Part shown: piece by piece, positions 38,780 through 51,300 of the stretch
How the letters are laid out: each line of letters opens with the position of its first letter
How positions within the stretch are numbered: the first letter of the stretch is position 1
Source of the DNA: Macrostomum lignano
Taxonomy: Eukaryota
Assembly (NCBI GenBank): GCA_002269645.1
Contig: NIVC01000887.1
Location: 62,001-126,000, forward strand
DNA: 64,000 nucleotides
Direction: 5' to 3'
Position numbers and translations under genes: made by a program
Notes under the pieces: model-generated
Database searches by the model: none
What the model was told of the DNA's origin: nothing
The model's input: only the letters and a program-made list of their open reading frames with translations

Positions 38780-39009
38780 TGACAGTTTACAGTTGGGCCA
38801 CGGGCCTCTGCGATCGATAGCGACGTCTTCTAATCCCTCAAGTAGCTTGGAGTCGTCATCGTCCTGCGCCAGCAAAGCTTCAATTGGGATAGCGATGGGC
38901 TCCGAGCGCTTGCCGAGCACGCCAGAGAAGTCGGTAGTTTTTGCGGCATCGCGTCACCAGTTCCCCAGGCCATCGGCAGTAGCAGAAATAGGCCCAGCTT
39001 GAGCATCAT
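38780..39009 (-). CDS. Candidate neuropeptide precursor (needs +1 A in an A5 run at 38938-38942); 3' extent uncertain
   Basis: Acceptor 7 nt before ATG; signal-like MMLKLGLFLLLPMAWGTGDA; in the adjacent frame TTDFSGVL-GKR, an acidic spacer and RR. Confidence 0.35.
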
Positions 39010-39394
39010 TGCAGCTCTGCATGGATGAAATGATCAATCAGATTCTGTATCTAGTCGAGGTGTCATTTCTTTTAGGTTTTATGTATTTAACCCGTGCAAC
39101 AGAACAGTACTCAAATCGTTTAGAGCAATGAATGAAAATACAATCTACCAAAGCCTCAGATAAGTGTTCCGCTAGCAGAAGTGAATTACTGCCATGCCAA
39201 TAAATGCTGCTGTTGCAGGAACATTCCTGCCAACTGGGTACTGCAGTCTGCCGCATGAGTGCCTCCTGTGACCTGTAGGATAACTTCCAACAGCGCCACC
39301 TGAGCTTCACCTCAAGATCTATGTTTATACGAATACAGCTTCCTCGCAGAACTCGCAACTCCCTCTCTAGTTGCTGCTGCTGCCTATATTGAGT

Positions 39395-39429
39395 TGACTG
39401 CCATGCTCTCCCCCTGTGCTTGATTTATA
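39395..39429 (-). promoter_or_regulatory. Possible TATA + initiator core promoter
   Basis: TATAAA (39429-39424) with a CAGT Inr-like motif 30 nt downstream, upstream of the candidate peptide gene. Confidence 0.3.
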
Positions 39430-40239
39430 AGATTGCAAGTCGCTTTGGCGATCTTTATTGCTTTCGCACAATGTTACCGATCGGCTGTTCTGTGCCTAAA
39501 TGGCTTTTGGTAAACTTGAGTAATTTCCAGCTGTTTGAATTTTCTGTCTTTAAAGTACTTTTTTCTTTGCTATTTGCAAATTTAATAATTTCATAGAGAT
39601 TAAAATTGAATATAATTTATTTCACTGAAGTCGGTACATTTTCATGCTAATTATTGCATTTTACCTACGTGGGTGCTATTTAGTTTCTCAATACTTAGGT
39701 AATCTGTTTAACTTGCGTGTGCTTGTTGAGTGCGTCAGTCGACTTCGTTTGATATTACGATTACCTCGAGTTCTGTATCAATTTATCAAATTATCGGCTA
39801 TTATGGAGCCAGGGTCCGTGCCAGAAAAATTGACTTAATTTTTTGTCAATCCGTTTAATTCGTCAAATATTTCTTTTAAGCTCGTTACTGTTACTCTTCA
39901 AAATGGAATCTTTGTCTGCGTCGTTCGACTGCGCCCAGCAGTTGGACAAAAAATGCTCATATCTGCTTTTCGAGAGCTGTTGTTCTTGCTGCTGAGTGTC
40001 CCCTGCAGTTGCGATCATTCCGATAGCGCTGTTGTGTTCGAAGGTCGTCGTGGAAGTTATGGCTTCGATATGAAGGAGAGAAATAAGATGGGAGAAAGCT
40101 GGAGAAAGTGGATTTGTTAAACATGGATGAGGTAAAGATGAGCTGAGAAAAGTAGACGAGAGTCGCGACAGCGCAGATAGATGCAGTACACACTTTGAGC
40201 TTTAAGCAGCGGATCCAGTTGTACTATGGGAATACAACA

Positions 40240-42120
40240 GAAGTCTCGTAACAGACTGAACAGCGTCATGACAGACAGAACAGCCCGATGACAGACAGAA
40301 CAGCGTCATGACAGACAGAACAGCACGATGACAGACAGAACAGCCCGATGACAGACAGAACAGTCTCATAACAGACTGAAGAGTCTCATGACAGACAGAA
40401 CAGTCTCATAACAGACAGAACAGTCTCATAACAGACTGAACAGCGTCATGACAGACAGAACAGTCTCATGACAGACAGAACAGTCTCATGACAGACAGAA
40501 CAGCCCGATGACAGACTGAACAGTCTCATGACAGACTGAACAGTCTCATGACAGACTGAACAGTCTCATAACAGACAGAACAGTCTCATAACAGACTGAA
40601 CAGCGTCATGACAGACAGAACAGTCTCATGACAGACAGAACAGTCTCATGACAGACAGAACAGCCCGATGACAGACTGAACAGTCTCATGACAGACAGAA
40701 CAGCCCGATGACAGACTGAACAGTCTCATGACAGACAGAACAGCCCAATGACAGACAGAACAGTGTCATGACAGACAGAACAGCCCGATGACAGACTGAA
40801 CAGTCTCATGACAGACAGAACAGCCTGATGACAGACAGAACAGTCTCATGACAGACAGAACAGTCTCATGACAGACGGAACAGCGTCATGACAGACAGAA
40901 CAGTGTCATGACAGACAGAACAGCCCGATGACAGACTGAACAGTCTCATGACAGACAGAACAGCCCAATGACAGACTGAACAGTCTCATGACAGACAGAA
41001 CAGTCTCATGACAGACAGAACAGTCTCATGACAGACAGAACAGCCCAATGACAGACTGAACGGCGTCATGACAGACAGAACAGTCTCATGACAGACAGAA
41101 CAGCCCAATGACAGACTGAACAGCGTCATGACAGACAGAACAGTCTCATAACAGACAGAACAGTCTCATAACAGACTGAACAGCGTCATGACAGACAGAA
41201 CAGTGTCATGACAGACAGAACAGCCTGATGACAGACAGAACAGTCTCATGACAGACGGAACAGCGTCATGACAGACAGAACAGTGTCATGACAGACAGAA
41301 CAGTCTCATGACAGACAGAACAGCGTCATGACAGACAGAACAGTCTCATGACAGACAGAACAGTCTCATGACAGACAGAACAGTCTCATGACAGACAGAA
41401 CAGTCTCATGACGATTGAACAGCGTCATGACAGACAGAACAGCCCGATGACAGACAGAACAGTCTCATGACAGACAGATCAGCCCGATGACAGACAGAAC
41501 AGTCTCATGACAGACAGATCAGCCCGATGACAGACAGAACAGCCCGATGACAGACAGAACAGCCCGATGACAGACAGAACAGCCCGATGACAGACAGAAC
41601 AGCCCGATGACAGACAGAACAGCCCGATGACAGACAGAACAGCCCGATGACATGACAGACAGAACAGCCCGATGACAGACAGAACAGCCCGATGACAGAC
41701 AGAACAGTCTCATGACAGACTGAACAGCGTCATGACAGACAGAACAGCCCGATGACAGACAGAACAGCCCAATGACAGACAGAACAGCCCGATGACAGAC
41801 AGAACAGCCCGATGACAGACAGAACAGCTCGATGACAGACAGAACAGCCCGATGACAGACAGAACAGCCCGATGACAGACAGAACAGCCCGATGACAGAC
41901 AGAACAGCCCGATGACAGACAGAACAGTCTCATGACAGACTGAACAGTCTCATGACAGACAGAACAGTCTCATGACAGACAGAACAGTCTCATGACAGAC
42001 AGAACAGCCCGATGACAGACAGAACAATCTCATGACGATTGAACAGCGTCATGACAGACAGAACAGCCCGATGACAGACAGAACAGTCTCATGACAGACG
42101 GAACAGTCTTATGACAGACA
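40240..42120. repeat. 20-bp minisatellite (ACAGACAGAACAGTCTCATG / ..CAGCCCGATG)
   Basis: About 90 copies downstream of RFC2. Confidence 0.95.
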
Positions 42121-42463
42121 CAAGTCTACAGTCAAAGCCTCGTTAAAAAACGCAGGTACTGTGGGACAGTCAGTGTTCGTGTGCTACTACTGGTACTAAC
42201 ATCGACAGTAGCCAGTAAAGTTTTATCCGATTAAAACAAATAATTTTAATATAGAAAACGCTGATTTGAAAATGTAAAAAGAATGCAATAGAACAGAAGT
42301 AACCGGGTGATACAATCGATTTATTTAGGCATCAACTTTTTTATTACATTATTTTGACTCGCTAAACGAAGTACGCAGGGAGATACGAATGTTTAAACAG
42401 TAGAGTTTAAAAATGCAGTTACATTAATAGTGGAAGTTAGTAAATTGATTGCACCGTAGCCGG

Positions 42464-42799
42464 TCAGTCAGCCTGCCGCAGGCGGCACATCCTGGCCAGC
42501 AGGCCGGACAGCTGCAACAGGGTGCCAACCCCGTCCATCACTCGCATATGGGTGATGCCAATCTCGCGCACCATGCCCAGTTTGACCTCCTCCGACAGGT
42601 CCGGGTGCGACTTGCACACGCGGAACAGTATGCTGACCAGGTCCTCAGCTGAGTAGCCCATGTGCCACAGGTGGCGCAGAATCTTGTGCGCCGGGTCAAG
42701 CTCGCCGGCCTGGCAGTGGGCCAACAGTTTTTGGGCCAGCATCGGGTGCGGCTCGTCGCACACTTTGAATACATTGTCCTCGGTGACAGAGCCGAAGCC
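42464..42799 (-). CDS. RFC2: RFC2 exon 3; spliced total 350 aa
   Basis: TCCCAG|GGC; NVFKVCDEPHP...GYSAEDL..IFRV. 391+326+336 = 1053 nt, in frame. Confidence 0.95.
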   Translation of the reverse strand, partial: GFGSVTEDNVFKVCDEPHPMLAQKLLAHCQAGELDPAHKILRHLWHMGYSAEDLVSILFRVCKSHPDLSEEVKLGMVREIGITHMRVMDGVGTLLQLSGLLARMCRLRQAD

Positions 42800-42847
42800 C
42801 TGGGACGGCGGGTAGGAGTTGGGATTAGTGATTAACTGTTCTCATAG

Positions 42848-44718
42848 ATCTCATAGAACACCAGTGATGAGGGTGAGATCTCATAAAACACCAGTGATGT
42901 TTCAGGGTGAGATCTCATAAAACGCCAGTGATGAGGGTGAGATCTCATAAAACACCAGTGATGTTTCAGGGTGAGATCTCATAAAACGCCAGTGATGAGG
43001 GTGAGATCTCATAAAACGCCAGTGATGAGGGTGAGATCTCATAAAACACCAGTGATGTTTCAGGGTGAGATCTCATAAAACGCCAGTGATGAGGGTGAGA
43101 TCTAATAAAACACCAGTGATGAGGGTGAGATCTCATAAAACACCAGTGATGAGGGTGAGATCTCATAAAACACCAGTGATGTTTCAGGGTGAGATCTCAT
43201 AAAACGCCAGTGATGAGGGTGAGATCTCATAAAACACCAGTGATGTTTCAGGGTGAGATCTCATAAAACGCCAGTGATGAGGGTGAGATCTCATAAAACG
43301 CCAGTGATGAGGGTGAGATCTCATAAAACACCAGTGATGTTTCAGGGTGAGATCTCATAAAACGCCAGTGATGAGGGTGAGATCTAATAAAACACCAGTG
43401 ATGAGGGTGAGATCTCATAAAACGCCAGTGATCAGGGTGAGATCTCATAAAACGCCAGTGATGAGGGTGAGATCTCATAAAATACCAGTGATGGGGGTGA
43501 GATTTCATAAAACGCCAGTGATGTTTCAGGGTGAGATCTCATAAAACGCCAGTGATGAGGGTGAGATCTAATAAAACACCAGTGATGAGGGTGAGATCTC
43601 ATAAAACACCAGTGATGTTTCAGGGTGAGATCTCATAAAACGCCAGTGATGAGGGTGAGATCTAATAAAACACCAGTGATGAGGGTGAGATCTCATAAAA
43701 CACCAGTGATGAGGGTGAGATCTCATAAAACACCAGTGATCAGGGTGAGATCTCATAAAACACCAGTGATCAGGGTGAGATCTCATAAAACACCAGTGAT
43801 GGGGGTGAGATCTCATAAAACGCCAGTGATGAGGGTGAGATCTCATAAAACACCAGTGATGGGGGTGAGATCTCATAAAACGCCTGTGATGTTTCAGGGT
43901 GAGATCTCATAAAACGCCAGTGATGAGGGTGAGATCTAATAAAACACCAGTGATGAGGGTGAGATCTCATAAAACACCAGTGATGAGGGTGAGATCTCAT
44001 AAAACACCAGTGATGTTTCAGGGTGAGATCTCATAAAACGCCAGTGATGAGGGTGAGATCTCATAAAACACCAGTGATGTTTCAGGGTGAGATCTCATAA
44101 AACGCCAGTGATGAGGGTGAGATCTCATAAAACGCCAGTGATGAGGGTGAGATCTCATAAAACACCAGTGATGTTTCAGGGTGAGATCTCATAAAACGCC
44201 AGTGATGAGGGTGAGATCTAATAAAACACCAGTGATGAGGGTGAGATCTCATAAAACACCAGTGATGAGGGTGAGATCTCATAAAACACCAGTGATGTTT
44301 CAGGGTGAGATCTCATAAAACGCCAGTGATGAGGGTGAGATCTAATAAAACACCAGTGATGAGGGTGAGATCTCATAAAACACCAGTGATGTTTCAGGGT
44401 GAGATCTCATTAAACGCCAGTGATGAGGGTGAGATCTCATAAAACACCAGTGATGGGGGTGAGATCTCATAAAACGCCAGTGATGAGGGTGAGATCTCAT
44501 AAAACACCAGTGATGGGGGTGAGATCTCATAAAACGCCAGTGATGAGGGTGAGATCTCATAAAACACCAGTGATGGGGGTGAGATCTCATAAAACACCAG
44601 TGATGGGGGTGAGATCTCATAAAACACCAGTGATGAGGGTGAGATCTCATAAAACACCAGTGATGAGGGTGAGATCTCATAAAACACCAGTGATGAGGGT
44701 GAGATCTCATAAAACACC
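42848..44718. repeat. 30/34-bp minisatellite (GAGGGTGAGATCTCATAAAACACCAGTGAT) filling RFC2 intron 2
   Basis: About 60 copies occupying over 90% of the 2-kb intron. Confidence 0.95.
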
Positions 44719-44806
44719 ACAGAATAAAGGAGCTACGAACAAGAGAAAAAATCAACAGCGAAAAAAGAAAGCACAGCAAGAAGCAGATAACAGAAATTTC
44801 CCAAAC

Positions 44807-45132
44807 CTGCAGAGTCGCCTGCAAATTGTTCAGCCCCTGTCTCAGATCGCCCTGGGCAGTAAAGGCCACAGCCTCCAGTCCCCTGTCAGTATAGACGGCG
44901 CCCTCGGCCCGGCAGACCTCGATGAGGCGGCCAAGCAGCTGGGCGTCTGTCAGCCTGGAGTAGCGCAGTACGGCACACCTGGACTGTATCGGCTCGATGA
45001 TCTTAGACGAATCGTTGCAAGCCAACGCGAACCGGGTGGTGCGCGAGTAGATCTCCATTGTGCGCCGCAGCGCCTGCTGTGCGCCGTCTGTCATGCTGTC
45101 CGCCTCGTCAAGAATTACCAGCTTGTGCTGGC
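44807..45132 (-). CDS. RFC2: RFC2 exon 2
   Basis: TGCAG|GC; Walker [22 protein letters not shown] motif QSRCAVLRY; donor CAG|GTTTGG. Confidence 0.95.
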
Positions 45133-45280
45133 CTGCATAGAGATCAGAACAGACGGGCTTATAAATAAAACTTTTGCTTGGGTAAACAGCGCGAGTTGAT
45201 CTGGGTTACTAAAGTGACTCGTCAGCTAATTAGTATGCTTTTGCGATACTAATTAGTATTAGTAGATGACGATTACTCAC

Positions 45281-45671
45281 CCTGCGGCAGGGTGACCCGA
45301 CGTTGGGCGAACATTTTAATTTTACCGCGTACAACTTCGATACCGCGATCATTAGAGGCGTTTAATTCCAGCACAGCCTCCTTGCAGGCCTCTCCCAGCT
45401 GCTCCCTGGCCAGACAGAGAATGCTGGTGGTCTTGCCGATGCCCGGCGGGCCGCACAGGATCACATTGGGCAGGTTGCCCTGCTTGGCAAACACGGCCAG
45501 CCGTTCAACCGTGTCCTCATTGCCAACTATTTCGGCTAGGCGGGTCGGCCTGTACTTTTCAATCCAGGGCAGCTCGCTGGCCGGCACTGACGGCTGCTGA
45601 GCTGGCGCAGTCAGTGAAACCTCGGCATTGAATGTGGCAGCTGCATCGTCTACATCCATGGCCGATTCCAT
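45281..45671 (-). CDS. RFC2: Replication factor C subunit 2, exon 1
   Basis: PWIEKYRP, Walker [32 protein letters not shown]; donor G|GTGAGT. Confidence 0.96.
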
Positions 45672-47524
45672 CGCACTTTTAACTGGCTGAAAGCAGTGTG
45701 TAGCGACAGTATCCTAATCCTATTTAATCCCAAAAAACTTTGATTTTGTACAACCTCAAGTTGCCAGTAGAAATGATGTGAGACTACAAAATTCATTGCA
45801 TATAAATTATACATTGGTTCATGTTTTGATACCTTTAGCCTTTAGTTTTTGATAATTATAAAATGAAGGTTAGAAAAGCTTGTTTCATTATAATACCATT
45901 GTAGACAAGGGTTTTGGACCTTTCCAATGCTCAAATAAATTCCATTGTTTTTTTACCCTTTCTTAAACCTTTAGATGATGGATTTAGCTTTAAAAAATCA
46001 TCTAAATCTATACAATTTACATAGTTTTATCTAAGGTGTACTTTATCATAAGTTGTTCTATCCACTTCTAGGAAAACTAGACAACTGTCTATTTTCTCAT
46101 GACATGTCAGAATCATGTTCTCAAATATACAATAATGACTACATGAAATACAACTACTCTGTACTCTACTACTAAAACTCCTTAATGCTATGCACAGTTT
46201 CAATGTTAATACTTTTGTTCTTTAAACATATACAATTGCATGCTATATAGTATACAATTATATTATTCTTTTGCATGCTTGCAATTAAAGATATCAGCTT
46301 TTAGTATTGTTTAAAGACTGAATTGACAGGCCATAGCATCTAAGGATATCAAAAGTTGATAGCCCATAAGGTAGCAATTAAGATAGCAGTCAAGTAACAG
46401 TTTGCCTGTCACTGTGTCACTGTTGTAGGAGGGGGGCTAAATGGAGAATTCTGTTTGCAGTGCCTGAGACTCAGCACACAGTGGCCTTGCAGTATCCCCC
46501 TATGCTCAAGGCTGATATGCCAGCTTGTGCTGTCAGCAACTCATTTAGCTATATTGAATAGATATTCAGGGAGTGCACTAAAGTGCTCAAGGGGGTCAAT
46601 GAAGAGGACTTCTACCAGAAAGCCATTGGACACAGACCCTAGCACTGGCAATGTTGGCAAGTGACCCCTGCTATTGGCCTAGTCAATAGTGATAACTCTT
46701 CAATATCCAAAGAGTTGGCAATACCTTCTAGTATCTTGGGCTAGGGCAATACATGCGCAACCTTCAAAATTAGGTCAGCCATGTGACTTAGTTTTAACAA
46801 AAAATGCAATGTAGTTTTTGGCCAAAAATGCAACTTATATATAAAAGAAACCCTAAAGCAAAATTAAAGCAACTTTGGGTAAATAGCAGAGTAATTATGA
46901 TTGTCTTATCATGGCAAAATGCCTTATTATCTACTTAGTACTACTTGGGTATTTATTTGGGTGGGCATTTTTGCGACTTACCTTGGTTGGCCACCAAATC
47001 AGTTGGCTGGATTGGCCAACTCAGCTGACTGTTGCATATGTATAACTAGGGCAGTAGGTTTTGTTGGCCCTTCTGCCTTATATACTTTGTGAAGGCCTCT
47101 TAATACAAGAAAATGACTATCTAAACCATATAACAATAAAGTTAGCTAATTTAACATAATGTCAGTAACCCTAAAGGACATTTATGCTAACCATTTTAAG
47201 TCAAGAAAATGTATCTAGCAATTTTGTTTTTTATCAATGATGACCTACATTTTACAATTTTGAAATCTATATATACTATAACTATATTGTAGTGTCTTTT
47301 AAGAACATAGTTTATATTTGCTTTTGCAATATGTTAATTTAAAAAGTGAAATTATATATAGATAATTGTAAGACAAAACTATAAGAGCTTTATTGGTTTC
47401 AAATTATAATCACACAAATAGTAAAATTGTATTGGAAGGATTATATTTTGAAATTTTAAGATATTATTATAATATTATTATTAGGCCCTAATCAATGATT
47501 TCATTAAAAAACTATTTCAATGTT

Positions 47525-48348
47525 TATAATGTCTGCAAACCAAAAGCCACTAGGGGCCTAGGCTCTTTTCATGTAACTAAGTTATTTAAGACTTAGAAGA
47601 TTAATTGCATCCTTTGTATATAAGGTTTTTAAATTATGATAACTAGCTATTATTCCTATATTAGAACAGACTCTTTCTAGAAACTGTCCTTTGTCCAACA
47701 TGCACTAAGCCAATAACAAGTGTCTAGGCATTCAAAAAAGGATTATTTGAATGCCTAGACAGTTAGTTTTGTTTTCTAGTGTAAAAAAGATATTGGCAGG
47801 TCTTTATGGCACATAGGAAAAGCAGCATACCATTTGAACTCAATAGTCTTTTTTGCTAGGCCTAGATAATATCTTTATCAAATGGATATCCTTTTGTTTT
47901 GTCTTGGCTATCTCTTGACATTCTGCAAAAGTAAGAAGGGAAAATTTATTATAACTAATGCATCTGCTTCTAGGGCCCCCCTTTTTTGTCTCATTTTCAT
48001 CTCATGATCCCCTTAGTAAAATGGACCTGTTATATATTGAGGGGGATTATAAGACAAAAGTGAAAGGGTGCAGATGCTTATTATAATGAAAAACTTTCTT
48101 CTCAACTTTGTAGATTTTTGATGAAGATATATCAGTTGAAATCCAAAACTGCCGTCAACTAATGCAACTTTGCTAGGGATATATATGAGTGGTTTAAAAT
48201 GCTAAAAACAACTTAACTAATTGGAGGCTTAGGAAAAATTGTTAAAACTCAAGTCCTTTTTTGGTAATAGGCTAGGCCTAATGACTAAAGTAGGCGTTGC
48301 ATGAAAAAAGCCTAGCCCCCTAGTGGCTTTTGGTTTGTAGACATTATA
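47525..48348. mobile_element. MITE-like element with ~55-bp imperfect TIRs
   Basis: TATAATGTCTGCAAACCAAAAGCCACTAGGGG.. at the left and ..CCCCTAGTGGCTTTTGGTTTGTAGACATTATA at the right; TSD not clear (possibly TA). Confidence 0.55.
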
Positions 48349-51300
48349 TAAACTCTACAAGTTTGCAGACATTATAGGGCCTACTATAGGCCCTACCATT
48401 AGGGATCTTATAAAGGTATATAGATCTAGATTTTTGGCATGGTCTAATGCAATGCTTTATATTTCAATACTATCATTTAGCCTATTGCTTTATATAATAT
48501 TGCAATACTTCTGCCTATACTTGTCATTCAGAAGTATATTCTATCTACATTTGTTATAGCTAATTATAGAATTACAGTGATTGTGATAGATAGTCTATCA
48601 ACCTTGCTATTGACAAGCTTGATTGCAACTACATGTAGGCCTAACATTAACAATAACATGCATTGGGTTGTTTGTTTGCTACAAAACCATATTTAGTATT
48701 GAGGTTAAGTGCAATAGAGAAAAGTATACTGTCAACACTAACTGCATAGAGGGTTATTACTTATTAGGGTAAAACCAAGACCAAGTTAAAGCAAATGCAT
48801 AATACAAGTGCTATGCTCTTTGCTTCTTCTTCTTAAAAATCTTAGTGGAAAATATTTTTATACCAAATTTCAAGACAGTCTCATAACATAATAAGCACAT
48901 TCTACTTATTATAATTGCAGTACCAATATTCATTTGTTACTCTACAAGTACAAGTTTGTTTTATTGACTGTTTGTTTGAAGAGTTTAGCAAGAGTTCAGC
49001 TGAGTCCCAAGTGGATTGGGACTCTTCTATGTCTATTTACGATATGACCATAGAATAGGCCCCGATGAATAAACACAATCAAATTGCAAATATGGGACTA
49101 TATCCAATAGCCATAACCACATAGGCCTAAAAAATTGTCATTGACTTAAACTTGTCAATGAATAGGCCCTACTAATAAATAGATCAACTGTCCATTGAAT
49201 TATTATAGTCATATAGGGCCTAGCTTTTTGATGGGAATGGTTTTTGAAAGAGAATATTTGTACACTAGAACCAGAACCTTAATTGGCAGGAAAATGAAAG
49301 CATTGATATTTTATAATGCTCTGCTCTACTCTACTTAACCCCTAATTTTTAAGCCATATCGTGCTGTTGCTGTGTAACAAAATTGAAAATATCATGATTT
49401 AAATACCAGAACCAGAACTGGCTGGAATATTGAAATCACGGAATATTACAAATGAAAAAATTCTAAACAGGCTTTTGTCGCGTCGATCGTCGACCATGCT
49501 TATACACACCCCAAGGGTGATTCTCATCGAAAGGTTTCGGAGGTTTTGAGGTTTTTCAGAGGTTTCATTTCGAACAAATATTTTTGCACAAAAATTTTAA
49601 TACTGTACAAAAATTAAAATCTTACTGTAATTTACTAATGAATACAAATTTTCTTTAGAATATAGCTCGGAGGTTTCAGATTCTTTTTAATTTTGCTTCT
49701 GATAGGCACGCGCGAAAATTATTTAACTGTTTTTGTGCGAAGTGGTAGGGACTTCCATGACACATTTCATTTCATAAGCGCAAAGTTGCGAATCGTCACA
49801 AGTGTGTGTTGTTCCCTTTCAATGCATATTCGTAACTATCCTAATTTCTACTAGACCTGTCCATGTAATTAAATACAGACACTATTTACCAATGCGAATT
49901 TCATATTGTTTTTTACTTGGTCTTAAGAAAGCTATCAATTTTTAAGCCAGACTTAAATTATGACTAACACTAACAAGACCAAGTCAGTATTTTTTTCATC
50001 AAATCAGTATCAGTCGCTATTTAATATAGATTGTTAGTCTAACTAACTAAAGGCCCTAAGTATTTTACTAGGCATATTTAATGTAAAATATATAATTTTT
50101 ATTTCACTTATTTGATATTCTTTTTTTATTTTATATCCAATTTACTAAAAAATTATTTTTATTTTATATTATTTTACTATTTTTACATCATCATCCTAAA
50201 TCCTAACACACTATGCACAGGATAAAAATATTTATTACCTAAGACTAAGTCTCTAATCCTAGTGAATAATTCTCTTCACCAGGCTTTAAAAATGGCAATT
50301 TTTTATTTGATTGCTCTACCTCTACATATAAATTTGAAAGCTCTAATGAACTGAAATTTTTACTTTTTAATTTTAATTATAATTTATTAATAGCTATTTA
50401 TATTCAGTTATAATTTAAGTTGATATGGGTGAGTACAATTTCTATTACTCTTATACATTAGTAACTTGCTTTAGTTTTTGTCTTTTTATGCAAATATTCA
50501 AAGTAAATAGTAGCTTGTACTTATGTATGCCTAGTTATCACATTTTTATTCAGTTTTTAATTTACTTTATAAGTGAATTTTTTTAATATTAAACCAATAT
50601 ACTCTCTTATCATCCACAGTAGTTGTCATGCCAATGAAATGCATGGTGCCAACCATGTTGGGGAGAAGGTTATAAATCTTTAGATTTTCTTATGATGTTA
50701 AGTACTTACACTACATCCATATACTAAAATGTAAGACTAACATTGTATTCCTTTATCAATCATGGCATCTTTCCAGAGCCCATCAAACTATGGGAATTCG
50801 TGCAAAGCAATGACCTACTAAAATACCTTTGCACAAGATGATATGCTTCTAGAAGTCGATTAAATTAATCCACCAAGTGTCTTTCTTGACACCCCAAGGT
50901 CTTCACTACATTTGACTGCAACAAGTGAGTAAATTTTCTAAATACTGTCTTTCCAATATACGAGTACATGTTATGAGGATCAAGGGTAGCTGAAAGCAAA
51001 GGCCAATGGTTGGGGCAAGAGATGACATTCATACATGTTACATGGCTAGTGTCCCTAAATTCCTAATGGCGCGATTTTCAGCAAAAGTTATGGCATGACC
51101 TTTCAGGGAAGTTCATTCCAATGATTAGACAGATAAAATTCCTCATTTCACTATTACCCATTACAGGACATTTTGGTGCAGCTCGACTTCAGCGTTGTTG
51201 CTCATCATTGCAGCACTCGAGTCCCATTGTCGCATTTTTGGGCTTCCAGCATCAACTGGTTCGATAGTCTCAATTGGAGGCCATGAAAACCAATGTCAGG

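Noticed and set aside
42966-44720. [10 protein letters not shown] / [10 protein letters not shown] repeat ORFs
   Set aside because: Translations of the RFC2 intron 2 minisatellite; RFC2 splices around it in frame.
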